Assembly: GCA_002433485.1 (NCBI GenBank)
Contig: DJIF01000054.1
Span: 1,158 to 65,157 of the forward strand
Direction: 5' to 3'
Length of the DNA stretch: 64,000 nt
DNA from: Deltaproteobacteria bacterium UBA6601
Lineage (GTDB): Bacteria; Myxococcota_A; UBA796; UBA9615
The number at the start of each line of letters is the position of its first letter. The first letter of the stretch is position 1. Positions 33,157 through 42,126 of the stretch are shown here, piece by piece. The position numbers and the translations under genes were made by a program. The notes below the pieces were generated by a model. It saw only the letters and a program-made list of their open reading frames with translations, did not search any database and was not told the origin of the DNA.

Positions 33157-35309
33157 CGTCTCAGCGACTCCAGTTGGCTACCCGCAACCAGAGCCAGGCG
33201 TACCAACTGCCCCTCTCCAAATCGAACCCCAGGGGCGGGTTCCTGCTCCCCCACAAGACCTGAGCCGAGCAACTGAACCTCAACTCCGGCAGGCACCAGG
33301 ACCCGAGCGGCGTCGCGCAGACTCAAACCGCGTAGATCTGGCATCAACCACCCAGGGTCAAGGCTCTCGTCAGTGGCAGCGACAACCAGGGTCGGCAGCT
33401 CGACGCCACGCGCACGCTCTGCTTGCAGCTGCTGGGCATGCGCCCTCCGCGCCTGGCGCTGTGCCAACACCTTGGCCGGCAGCTCCTTATCAGGCGCCAC
33501 CCCCAACTCCTGCAGCGCATAAGTCGCCACCTCCTTGAAGACCGGTCCGGCAGCGGTGCCACCAAAGTGACGAAAGCCCTTATTGGTGGGTTCATCTATG
33601 ACGGTCAGGACAACGATGCGCGGATCGTCGCGCGGGGCAAAGCCGATGAAAGATGAAACATAGAGGTTGGGAGCATAGCGACCATCCCGAACCTTCTGAG
33701 CGGTACCTGTCTTACCGCCAGCGGTGTACTCATCAAGCGCCGCCCGAGTCCCGGTTCCGCCCTTCTCCACCACACCACCGAGCATGACTCGCATCTGCTC
33801 GCTGACCTCAGCAGAAATAAGCCGCTCCCCCTGACCTTCAGGGCGACGACTCTCCAACAGGGTGCCGTCCCGGCCGCGGACTTCTGTAATGACGTGTGGC
33901 TGGACCCGATGACCGCCGTTAACCAGCGCAGCAAAGGCAGCTGTCAGCTGAACTCCAGTAACCGCCATGCCCTGGCCAAAGCAATGATTGGCGAAACCGA
34001 TCCGCGACCAGCGTGAAGATGGATGCAGAATTCCGGCCTCTTCACCCCACACATCAATGCCGGTCCGCGCGCCAAAACCAAAGCGGCGAAACATCGCCTC
34101 AAGAGCGGGCGGGCCAAGCCGCTCACCGAGCTTGGCAGTGCCGATGTTCGAAGAATACTTAAGGACCTCCGACACGGTGATGTTGGCGTAGGCGTGGGTG
34201 TCATGGATCGTCCGCCGGCCGATGCGAAAAGCACCCTTCTCGCAATAGACCTCTTCCTCAGGAGTAGCGAGTTCCTCTTCCAGGACCTCGGCGAGCACAA
34301 AGGCTTTCATGGTGGAGCCTGGTTCAAACGAGTCACTAATCGCCCGATTTCGGCGTTGGTCTCGGCTCGACTGACGAAAGCTGTTGGGGTCGTAACTGGG
34401 AGCAGAGGCACTGGCCAACACCGCTCCACTGCGAGCATCCAGAACCAAAACTGAGCCCGCCTTAGCTTCGGCTCGCTCAATGGCGGCGGCCAGAGACTGC
34501 TCAGTACGATGCTGAATGTTGTGATCAATGCTGAGCACGAGGGTATCTCCCTCGGTCGATTGACGACCCAGCACAGCGGCATGACTGAGTGCACGACGGC
34601 GACCATCGCGAAAGGTCCGATACTGATAGGTATCGCCCATCATCAGGTCGTTGTAACGAGCCTCTATGCCCTCCAGACCGATGCCATCAATCCCTACAAA
34701 GCCCAGCAACTGGGATGCCAGCGCCCCTGAAGGATATTCCCGCTTCGCTTCTGAGGTGAGATGCACTCCAGGAATGTCCAGTGCTCTAATCTGCTCGGAG
34801 ATTTGATGCGGCAGCTGCCGCGCCAACCAAACGAAACGCGAGCCTTCGCGGGACAGACGAGCCTGCAGATCCTCAAGATCACGATCAACAAAGGGAGCCA
34901 ACAACTCAGCCGCAGCAGCAGGGTCTTCGACCCGAGCAGGGTCCGCAAACAGGCTCTGCACATCGACGGAAACGGCCAGCGGCCGACCAAGTCGATCAAC
35001 AATGCTACCCCGCTTGGGGGCCACCTTAATGACTGCCTCATGCTGACCGGCGAGCAATCGATCGAGGCGCAGGTTCGGCCCCATAACCAGCCAACTGACC
35101 CGGCCGAGAATCACCAGCCAGAACAACAGAAACAAAACCATCACCGCGGAAAGTCGCAGATTGATGGCGAAATTCTCCGGTGGCAGGAAGCCGTCAACTC
35201 GCCGCATGGCGCCGCTCATCTCGGTGCGTCGGCGCTTGTGCTGAACGCGGTTGTGGCGCAAACCTCCCGGCGGAGTTGGGCGACGATAGCTGCCCGACCG
35301 GGTCGTCAC
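33153..35309 (-). CDS. ftsI: Peptidoglycan transpeptidase FtsI (class B PBP) with a C-terminal PASTA-like domain
   Basis: It has an N-terminal TM helix, a dimerisation domain, and transpeptidase motifs (STMK, SSN, KTGT). Its tail reads LMPDLRGLSLRDAARVLVPAGVEVQLLGSGLVGEQEPAPGVRFGEGQLVRLAL, which matches a PASTA consensus. Confidence 0.9.
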   Translation of the reverse strand: MTTRSGSYRRPTPPGGLRHNRVQHKRRRTEMSGAMRRVDGFLPPENFAINLRLSAVMVLFLLFWLVILGRVSWLVMGPNLRLDRLLAGQHEAVIKVAPKRGSIVDRLGRPLAVSVDVQSLFADPARVEDPAAAAELLAPFVDRDLEDLQARLSREGSRFVWLARQLPHQISEQIRALDIPGVHLTSEAKREYPSGALASQLLGFVGIDGIGLEGIEARYNDLMMGDTYQYRTFRDGRRRALSHAAVLGRQSTEGDTLVLSIDHNIQHRTEQSLAAAIERAEAKAGSVLVLDARSGAVLASASAPSYDPNSFRQSSRDQRRNRAISDSFEPGSTMKAFVLAEVLEEELATPEEEVYCEKGAFRIGRRTIHDTHAYANITVSEVLKYSSNIGTAKLGERLGPPALEAMFRRFGFGARTGIDVWGEEAGILHPSSRWSRIGFANHCFGQGMAVTGVQLTAAFAALVNGGHRVQPHVITEVRGRDGTLLESRRPEGQGERLISAEVSEQMRVMLGGVVEKGGTGTRAALDEYTAGGKTGTAQKVRDGRYAPNLYVSSFIGFAPRDDPRIVVLTVIDEPTNKGFRHFGGTAAGPVFKEVATYALQELGVAPDKELPAKVLAQRQARRAHAQQLQAERARGVELPTLVVAATDESLDPGWLMPDLRGLSLRDAARVLVPAGVEVQLLGSGLVGEQEPAPGVRFGEGQLVRLALVAGSQLESLRR

Positions 35310-35635
35310 TGGCCCTGCTCCCCACCGAGTGCTCGACTCAATGCTTCAGGGTTCTCGGTTACCACCACAACCTGCCCTGCCGCCGGCGCCGCCAGGCCCA
35401 ACTGCGGGGCAAGATTTTCAAGGTAAGCAGGGGCGCGCAGTTCAGCCAGTTCAGCACGCAGGCGGCGCTGATCGTTAGCGAGCTTATCGTCCTCCTTAAC
35501 GAGATCGCTGATCTGATACGTGATCTGAACCGTCTCCATCTTCGCCCAGGCCACAAAAATGAGCGATATGGCCACTGCCACTGAGGTGATCAGAGCTCCG
35601 CCAAATCGCACCGTTTGCTTCATCTCAGAACTCAT
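35306..35635 (-). CDS. ftsL: Cell division protein FtsL
   Basis: It is a small single-TM protein with a coiled-coil (..LANDQRRLRAELAELRAP..). It lies between rsmH and ftsI with overlapping stop/start. Confidence 0.7.
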   Translation of the reverse strand: MSSEMKQTVRFGGALITSVAVAISLIFVAWAKMETVQITYQISDLVKEDDKLANDQRRLRAELAELRAPAYLENLAPQLGLAAPAAGQVVVVTENPEALSRALGGEQGQ

Positions 35636-36616
35636 CTAAGCCTCCCCTTCCACAGCCAGAACCTCAGCCACACGCAGACGGGCACTACGTGCTCTGGGGT
35701 TTGCCTCAAGCTCTGCCTGGCTGGCGGTAATCCCCTTTCGACCCAATAGACGAACTCGCGCCGACTCCCCACAGACACAGACCGGCAGGCTCGAAGGACA
35801 GCTGCAAGAACTGGCCAGAGAGGCGAGGTGACGCTTGACCACTCGGTCCTCACCAGAATGAAAGGAAATCAACGCCAACCGCCCCCTGGGGGCAAGCCAC
35901 TCCAGAGCCGACTGCAACAGATGATGCAGCTCTCCAGCCTCATCATTGAGGGCCATACGCAGCGCTTGAAAGGTCCGCGTAGCCGGGTGCTTCCTGGCCC
36001 CTCGACGCCCTCCGAGGGCACGCGAGACAACCTCAGCAAGGTCAGCCGTTCTGGCAAAGGGCCGCTGCTGTCGGCGTTGGGTAATGGCACGCGCAATACG
36101 GCGCGACTTGGGCTCATCGCCCAACCGATAGATCAAGTCAGCCAGGGCCAGCTCATCAGTATTGTTCACCAGATCAGCGGCAGTGGAGCCGGTGCTCCGA
36201 TCCATGCGCATGTCCAGCGGACCGTCGTGGGCAAACGAAAAGCCCCGTCCTGCAGTGTCCAACTGATGAGAAGAAACCCCCAGATCGGCAAGAATTCCGT
36301 CGACCGTAGCAGGCTCAATAGCACGCGCTCGCAGGACCTCAGAGAGCCGCGACATAGGCGAATGAACCACCTCAAAGCTAGCGGCGACAGCACCAGCTGC
36401 CACCTCAGCAAGGCGTTTCCGCGCAGCACTTACCGCATCCAGGTCCCGATCCAGTGCGATGAGACGGCCCCCGACGCCCAACTCGGCGAGAATCGCTGCG
36501 CTGTGCCCGCCGCCGCCCGCAGTGACGTCCACATAGAGCCCCTCAGGGCGAAGGGCCAGGGCAGAGACGCTCTCTTCAAGCAGGACACTGCGATGCTCGA
36601 ATCGGGTCTCGGCCAT
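35636..36616 (-). CDS. rsmH: 16S rRNA (cytosine1402-N4)-methyltransferase RsmH (MraW)
   Basis: The conserved start is METRFEHRSVLLEESV...YVDVTAGGGGHS. The 506-aa six-frame ORF runs on upstream across mraZ in another frame, which is a high-GC artefact. I placed the start at the cat codon at 36614-36616. Confidence 0.88.
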   Translation of the reverse strand: MAETRFEHRSVLLEESVSALALRPEGLYVDVTAGGGGHSAAILAELGVGGRLIALDRDLDAVSAARKRLAEVAAGAVAASFEVVHSPMSRLSEVLRARAIEPATVDGILADLGVSSHQLDTAGRGFSFAHDGPLDMRMDRSTGSTAADLVNNTDELALADLIYRLGDEPKSRRIARAITQRRQQRPFARTADLAEVVSRALGGRRGARKHPATRTFQALRMALNDEAGELHHLLQSALEWLAPRGRLALISFHSGEDRVVKRHLASLASSCSCPSSLPVCVCGESARVRLLGRKGITASQAELEANPRARSARLRVAEVLAVEGEA

Positions 36617-36621
36617 CGGCC

Positions 36622-37095
36622 CTAAAGGTCCTCGCCTTCGTCCTCTGGATCGAAGGCCAGCAACTGCTCCATCCCAACACCCTCCTGGACAGCCTCCAGG
36701 GCCTGCTCCTGACGCCGACTCCAGGCCGCTGCGTCCCAGATCTCGATGAGGCCCAGGTAGGACAGAACCACGCAGTTCTTGACCAGTCCTGCGCGCCGCC
36801 TCAGCGGAGCGGGAACCAGAATCCGCCCCTGTCCGTCTGCTTCGACCTCCGCCGCTCCAGCGACGTAGGCGTGCAGGAACTGGCGGCTCTTGCGATCGAA
36901 TAGAGAAACCCCAGCGAAGCGCCGCTCCATCTTGGCCCAACGACTCTGGGCAAAGCCCTGCAGGCCGCCATCCCAATAGGCCAGCACCAGACCGGGCTCG
37001 CCGCACTCGAGCATCCGCTCGCGCAGCCGCACCGGTAGCGGCAGACGTCCCTTGGCGTCCATACGGACCTCGAACTGCCCGCGAACCTGAAACAT
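36622..37095 (-). CDS. mraZ: Transcriptional regulator MraZ
   Basis: The sequence reads MFQVRGQFEVRMDAKGRLPLP.. with a duplicated MraZ/SpoVT-AbrB fold. It is 157 aa and is the first gene of the dcw cluster. Confidence 0.88.
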   Translation of the reverse strand: MFQVRGQFEVRMDAKGRLPLPVRLRERMLECGEPGLVLAYWDGGLQGFAQSRWAKMERRFAGVSLFDRKSRQFLHAYVAGAAEVEADGQGRILVPAPLRRRAGLVKNCVVLSYLGLIEIWDAAAWSRRQEQALEAVQEGVGMEQLLAFDPEDEGEDL

Positions 37096-37120
37096 GCATC
37101 TCCGGGGTCAGCCTCAACAC

Positions 37121-37146
37121 AACACCACCACGCCACAATTCCCCAC
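37121..37146 (-). promoter_or_regulatory. Candidate MraZ boxes: three direct repeats of GTGG(C/G)G with 10-bp periodicity upstream of mraZ
   Basis: The plus strand reads CGCCAC-aatt-CCCCAC-gtat-CGCCAC. On the minus strand this is GTGGCG-N4-GTGGGG-N4-GTGGCG, plus a further GTGGTG. It lies 26-51 bp upstream of the mraZ ATG. E. coli MraZ binds GTGGG direct repeats at the same 10-bp spacing. Confidence 0.4.
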
Positions 37147-37318
37147 GTATCGCCACTATATGAAGCGCCGATCAGGAGGGCAATGGTCGTTTTAAAGAAA
37201 TTTGATACCTTGGATGATAGCATAGTCAGCGAACGGTCCTTCAACTTGATAGCTCACTTGCTACCAAGGTCACTCTAAGCTGCAGATTCGTGCTGCTATG
37301 AGGTTTGCAGGAGCCCGC

Positions 37319-37798
37319 TTAACGAGGCTTGCGCGCTCGATCCATCTCTCTACGCGCGTCCTTGGCCTTTTGATCATGGCGCTTGTCATGGAGCTTCTTG
37401 CCACGGCCCAGGCCGATCTCCAACTTGGCCCGACCGCGCCTGAAATAGAGTCGCATCGGGACCAACGTATAGCCCTGTCGCGAGATCTTGCCGATCAGGC
37501 GCTGAATCTCCTTCTTGTGCAGCAGCAACTTACGGGGCCGCAGAGGGTCGTGATTCTGCCGATTGGCCTGCTCATACGGCGGTACATGGACATCCACCAA
37601 AAACGCCTCACCGTCTTCCAGCCGAACGTAACCCTCGGTGATCGAGACCCGCCCACCTCGCAGCGACTTCACCTCCGAACCAAGCAGAACCAGACCCGCC
37701 TCGACCGTGTCCTCGATGTGGAATCGATGACGCGCCTTCTTATTGACCGCAATGGTCTTGATCCCGCCTTCTCCTAAGCTCCTGCCCGCTTTCGCCAT
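37319..37798 (-). CDS. smpB: SsrA (tmRNA)-binding protein SmpB
   Basis: The sequence reads ..KTIAVNKKARHRFHIEDTVEAGLVL.GSEVKSLR.G...I.EGYV. with a basic C-tail. It is 159 aa. Confidence 0.93.
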   Translation of the reverse strand: MAKAGRSLGEGGIKTIAVNKKARHRFHIEDTVEAGLVLLGSEVKSLRGGRVSITEGYVRLEDGEAFLVDVHVPPYEQANRQNHDPLRPRKLLLHKKEIQRLIGKISRQGYTLVPMRLYFRRGRAKLEIGLGRGKKLHDKRHDQKAKDARREMDRARKPR

Positions 37799-37884
37799 AG
37801 CGAGGGCAGGCTAACAGAGCGCGCCGACCCGGGCACCCTTCGCGTTGACAGCATTGTGGGTGCCGTGTTTGATCCGGCTCGCCC

Positions 37885-38856
37885 ATGCGCCCTTGTAATA
37901 CGCTGTTCTTCATCCTGCTGACCGCTGTGATGTCGGTACTCGTGTCCTGTTCCGCAGACAAGGAGGAGGACCCCTGGGCAGCAGAGTCCCGGAAGGGCTC
38001 TGCCCCGGCCACCGCAGGCTTTGGTGAAGGTGACTTTGACGGACCCCAGCGCAAAGACCAACGCGGGACGCCGCCACCAAGAGGCCCAGACACCGGCGGC
38101 GACCAACGCAGCGGCTCGGATCTGAGCGGCCCTGAAGACTGCAACGACGGCGTCGACAACGACGGCAACGGTGCCGCGGACTGCGAAGACAGCGGCTGCG
38201 CGGCGGACCCAGGCTGTCAGGACGATCCGAGCAAAGGCTATGAGCCCGAACTGGGTTTTGAAGATTGTGACAACGAGAAAGACGACGACAAAGACCGAGA
38301 GACCGACTGTGAGGACGACGACTGCAAGGACGATCCCAGCTGCAACTCGGACCGGGCCCCCGGCCAAGCACCCACGGTAGCCCCAGAGTTGCTGGCCGCG
38401 GTAAGCGAGCTGCCGGTCGGCGGTCAGTTAGGCATGCGAGCGCCCCAGCTTGACCTGCCCTTCCTCGGCCGCCGAGGTCGACAGACCCTGAAAGAGCTGC
38501 GCGGCAACATCGTGGTACTCAACTTCTGGGCGTCCTGGTGCCGACCCTGTCGCAAAGAGACCCCAGCTCTGGAACTCACCTGGCAGCTGTACCGGGAGCG
38601 TGACGTTGTGGTCATTGGGGTGTCCATTGATGAGGAGGAGGACGACGCAGGCGAATTCCTGGGCAGCTTCCCGGTCTCCTACCCGATGGTCTTGGACCGG
38701 GGCGGTGAGGCTGCTGAACGTGACTGGCAGGTCAAGTCGGTACCGACGCTCATCCTGATTGATCGAGCCGGCAGGATCCGCGAGCGACACATGGGCTACA
38801 GTCCGGCCCTCATGCGCAAGACAGTCGTGACCATTGACCAGCTCCTGGAGGAATAG
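37885..38856 (+). CDS. Exported TlpA/ResA-like thiol-disulfide oxidoreductase with an N-terminal acidic Cys-rich (MopE-like) region
   Basis: A lipoprotein signal (LLTAVMSVLVSCSA) is followed by an Asp/Cys-rich segment (CNDGVDNDGNGAADCEDSGC...DCEDDDCKDDPSC). The thioredoxin fold carries a WCRPC active site (VVLNFWASWCRPCRKE). Confidence 0.8.
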   Translation: MRPCNTLFFILLTAVMSVLVSCSADKEEDPWAAESRKGSAPATAGFGEGDFDGPQRKDQRGTPPPRGPDTGGDQRSGSDLSGPEDCNDGVDNDGNGAADCEDSGCAADPGCQDDPSKGYEPELGFEDCDNEKDDDKDRETDCEDDDCKDDPSCNSDRAPGQAPTVAPELLAAVSELPVGGQLGMRAPQLDLPFLGRRGRQTLKELRGNIVVLNFWASWCRPCRKETPALELTWQLYRERDVVVIGVSIDEEEDDAGEFLGSFPVSYPMVLDRGGEAAERDWQVKSVPTLILIDRAGRIRERHMGYSPALMRKTVVTIDQLLEE

Positions 38857-38860
38857 AGAG

Positions 38861-40198
38861 ATGCTGAAGAAGGCCAGCCCCATCGCCCTGCTGGCCCTCG
38901 CCTGTGCGGGGATGCTGCTGGGGATGACCCTTACGGCCCGACATTACGACCTCAACCACGCGCCGCCCGGACCGGCCACCGCGGTCCTAGGCTTCGAGGG
39001 CATGTGCGGGGCAGGAGGTGGCTGCGCCGAGGTGAATACAAGCCGCTATGCCAGCATCTCACTGGGCGTTGAGCGACCCGCAATACCGGTCTCAGTGCCG
39101 GCCGTTGGATTCTTCCTGATGCTTGCGCTGCTCGCTGGCCTGGCGCTGCGCAACGACAGCAAAAGGCGCGCAAAGTATCTCGCACTGACCGCTGCAGCCT
39201 GCGTCCCTGCGCTCTGCTTTGCCCTTTATCTGCTAGCCGTCCAGGCCTTCGTCATCAGCCGGTTCTGTCCCTACTGCATCGCTCTCGATGCAGTCACGGC
39301 ACTGAGCCTCGGCTTCGCCTTCATCGGCCATGGCGGCGGAGTTGGCGGAATCTTACAGGACCTGAGCACCAGCTCAGCCAGCCTGCTTGGGGCTGCACTG
39401 CTAGTCCTGCTCGGCGGGAACTACCTCGCCTACAATAGCTACGTGGGCTGGATTGAAGATGGAGAGTCAAAAGCTCATCGGGAAAGCGGCCATAAGGACA
39501 GCAAGCACCACCAACACGAGCGAGCTCCGACCAATGACGCAGAGGCCCTCGAAGCAGCCCGCAAAGCGGTCGCCGAATTCATTGAAAGCTATCCAAACCT
39601 GGAAGTCCGTGACCTGGTCACCAACCTATTCGATGGCAGCAAGGGGCAGCTGGAAGGTGGCATCGTCGTCACCGAATTCGCCGACTTCGATTGCCCCCAC
39701 TGCAAGCTGGCCGGCTTCTACTTGAAAGACATTGCCCACCGCTACGGTGACCGGGTCGGCTTTGTATTCAAGAACTATCCGCTGGGGACCTCCTGCAACG
39801 ACAACCTCAAACGAGATGTGCATCCGGATGCATGCGAAGCGGCCATCGCAGTCCAGTGTGGTCGCCGACAGGGTGCATTCTGGCCCTTCCATGACCTGAT
39901 CTTTGATCATCAGGGCTCTCTGGGAAGCGACAGAATGCGCTCCATCGCAGCCGAACTTCAGCTCAACACTGAGACCTTCGAGGAGTGTCTAGAGAAAGAC
40001 AGCATCCTCAACGAAGTGAAGGAGCAGATTGCCCAGGGTAGAGATGCTGGTCTCACGGGCACCCCAACGTTCTTTGTCAACGGCAAGATGCTGCCCAGCG
40101 CCCATCCCCTGTTTGTTGAAGCCGCCATCAGGTGGGAGCTGGTCGAGCGGGGCGAGACCGAGCTTCCCGAAGACAGCGATGGCATCTTCCCCCGCTGA
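38861..40198 (+). CDS. VKOR (vitamin K epoxide reductase)-DsbA-like thioredoxin fusion, a membrane disulfide-bond-forming oxidoreductase
   Basis: The N-terminal polytopic domain has the VKOR loop-Cys pair (GMCGAGGGCAEV) and a TM CxxC (RFCPYCIAL). The C-terminal periplasmic DsbA-like domain has a CPHC active site (FADFDCPHCK). A GGAGG lies 9 nt before the ATG at 38861. Confidence 0.8.
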   Translation: MLKKASPIALLALACAGMLLGMTLTARHYDLNHAPPGPATAVLGFEGMCGAGGGCAEVNTSRYASISLGVERPAIPVSVPAVGFFLMLALLAGLALRNDSKRRAKYLALTAAACVPALCFALYLLAVQAFVISRFCPYCIALDAVTALSLGFAFIGHGGGVGGILQDLSTSSASLLGAALLVLLGGNYLAYNSYVGWIEDGESKAHRESGHKDSKHHQHERAPTNDAEALEAARKAVAEFIESYPNLEVRDLVTNLFDGSKGQLEGGIVVTEFADFDCPHCKLAGFYLKDIAHRYGDRVGFVFKNYPLGTSCNDNLKRDVHPDACEAAIAVQCGRRQGAFWPFHDLIFDHQGSLGSDRMRSIAAELQLNTETFEECLEKDSILNEVKEQIAQGRDAGLTGTPTFFVNGKMLPSAHPLFVEAAIRWELVERGETELPEDSDGIFPR

Positions 40199-41174
40199 CT
40201 CAAGCGCTGATTGCAGCTGGTGGGAGCTGTCCCTCACCCTGGCTGACAGCGACGGAGCGACAGTGAGCGGACTGTTGCTGGAACTGGGGGCGCTTGGCCT
40301 GCAAGAAGACCATAGAGGACTCCACTTCGAGATCGACCAGGACGGTCCCATTGTCAGCGGCGACCCACGCTCCTGGACTCCGCCCCTGCCCAAGAACCCG
40401 GACCAGGAACTGGAACTGCGGGCCTGGTTCGATGGCAAGCGAGAGCGAGAGCAGCTGCTGGCCGACCTAAAAGCATGTCTGCACGGCATTGCGCCGGCCC
40501 CCCTAGCACTGACCCTGAAGCCCATCGCTCAGCAAGACTGGAACGCCACCTGGAAGGCAGGCTTCGAAGCATTCTCCCTGTCCAAAAGGCTGCGAGTGGT
40601 CCCGTCATGGACGGAAGAAGCCCAGCCGGCCGCTACGACCGCGCTGCGCCTGGACCCCGGCCTCGCTTTCGGCACTGGAACCCACTTCACCACCGCAGGC
40701 TGCTGCCAGCTCCTGGATAGTTTGCTGGAGTCATGGTCTGGCCCCCGGCCAAATGTGCTCGACGTAGGCACCGGAACTGGGATCCTCGCCCTCGCTGCCC
40801 TGGCCCTGGGAGCCAAACGCGCGGTTGCTGTCGATGCCGACCCACAAGCGATCAGCGCCGCTGCTGAGAACGCTGCTGAGAACGACCTTGTCGACCGCAT
40901 TGAGCTCTACCAGGGCGGACCAGAGTCTGCTCCGGCCGAACAGTTCCCGATTGTCTTCGCCAACCTCATCGCGCCAGTCCTCATCGACCTAGCCGACTCC
41001 TTGTGTTCTCGCTTGGCCCCGGGCGGTGGGCTGATCATCAGTGGCATCCTCTGCCATCAGGAGAAGGCGGTAGTTGACTGTTTTGCCCAACGCCACCTGG
41101 ACCAGGAACAACGACTCTGTGATGACGAGTGGGTGGCGCTGCTGCTTCGTTGTACTCGGGAGCATGGACCATGA
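40179..41174 (+). CDS. prmA: Ribosomal protein L11 methyltransferase
   Basis: The sequence reads ..LRLDPGLAFGTGTHFTT...VLDVGTGTGILALAALALGA. It is a SAM-methyltransferase. I placed the start at the ATG at 40179, which overlaps the upstream gene by 20 nt. The ORF track begins at 40029. Confidence 0.85.
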   Translation: MASSPADSSADCSWWELSLTLADSDGATVSGLLLELGALGLQEDHRGLHFEIDQDGPIVSGDPRSWTPPLPKNPDQELELRAWFDGKREREQLLADLKACLHGIAPAPLALTLKPIAQQDWNATWKAGFEAFSLSKRLRVVPSWTEEAQPAATTALRLDPGLAFGTGTHFTTAGCCQLLDSLLESWSGPRPNVLDVGTGTGILALAALALGAKRAVAVDADPQAISAAAENAAENDLVDRIELYQGGPESAPAEQFPIVFANLIAPVLIDLADSLCSRLAPGGGLIISGILCHQEKAVVDCFAQRHLDQEQRLCDDEWVALLLRCTREHGP

Positions 41175-42109
41175 GCACCGCTGCCGAGTTCTGCCGCCAG
41201 GCACTGCGTTCAGCAGTCGCTCAGTTGCCAAGCTTCCAGCCTGATACAGCCGACCTGACTCAGCTGCGCTGCGCGCTGCTGCTCTACCAATTAAGCGACC
41301 GACAACATTGGCTGCAACGGCTACGCGATGCCTGCCGAGTGCAAGATTTCCCGGGCTTGGAGCCCACCGCTAGAGGCGCATGGCTGGAGCTGCTCTGTGA
41401 CGCCTGGGTGGTGGATGCAAATGGCCCCTTTCGCGGCAATGCAGCACAACTGAGCGCTTTACCCTGCAGCGGTCCACAAGCAATCAACGGCTTGCTCCGC
41501 TACTGGCGGATCACCGGTGAGGCCAGCTTCAAGGAGCATGCACTCCAACTGCTCAAAGAGCTCGACAACACCACGGGCCCGGCCCATGCAGCGGCGATGC
41601 TGGCCGGTTACCGGGCAACCGGAGCGCAAGAACTGCTGGATGAGGCCCGACGCCGCCTGGCGCGGCCAAGGCCAGAAACCCTGACCATAGGCTGGTGGCC
41701 ACTAGCCAGGGATCTACTCGACTGGGGGGCTGAAGACGTTGTCGACTACGTCCAGAGCTGGCCGAACGGCGCTCCCCCTCCGGCCGCACAGATCTGTGGG
41801 CTCGCACCCATTCTGCTGCCGATACTGGAGTTGAAAATCCGGTGGTGGGAGGCTAGCGAACTGGATGAAGGCTACGTGGCCGAGGCTGTCACCTTCCCCT
41901 ACCCGGCCATGCGCATGCGTCTGGAACGACGGGACAGCCCGGGGCAGGTGTACTTTGAGCCCAGCCTCGGCGGTAATCACTACCAACAGCTGGAAGATGC
42001 AGGAATCGTGGCCTCACTGCTGGAACAGATGGTTAGCGAGGTGGACCGACAGGGCATCCTTCACGGCGCTCGGCGACGGACTTCAAGACGACCCATTGGG
42101 CGCCAATAA
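41171..42109 (+). CDS. Hypothetical protein (all-alpha, no recognisable family)
   Basis: Its start overlaps the prmA stop by ATGA. It is about 312 aa with no signal peptide. Confidence 0.45.
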   Translation: MSTAAEFCRQALRSAVAQLPSFQPDTADLTQLRCALLLYQLSDRQHWLQRLRDACRVQDFPGLEPTARGAWLELLCDAWVVDANGPFRGNAAQLSALPCSGPQAINGLLRYWRITGEASFKEHALQLLKELDNTTGPAHAAAMLAGYRATGAQELLDEARRRLARPRPETLTIGWWPLARDLLDWGAEDVVDYVQSWPNGAPPPAAQICGLAPILLPILELKIRWWEASELDEGYVAEAVTFPYPAMRMRLERRDSPGQVYFEPSLGGNHYQQLEDAGIVASLLEQMVSEVDRQGILHGARRRTSRRPIGRQ

Positions 42110-42126
42110 CCGTGTAGAATGAAGCG

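Noticed and set aside
36617-37156. The upstream 180 codons of the 506-aa ORF 35636..37156, which would give RsmH a long N-terminal extension
   Set aside because: This stretch overlaps the entire mraZ gene in another frame. The conserved RsmH start (METRFEHRSVLLEE) is at 36616, and the extension is a GC-driven artefact.
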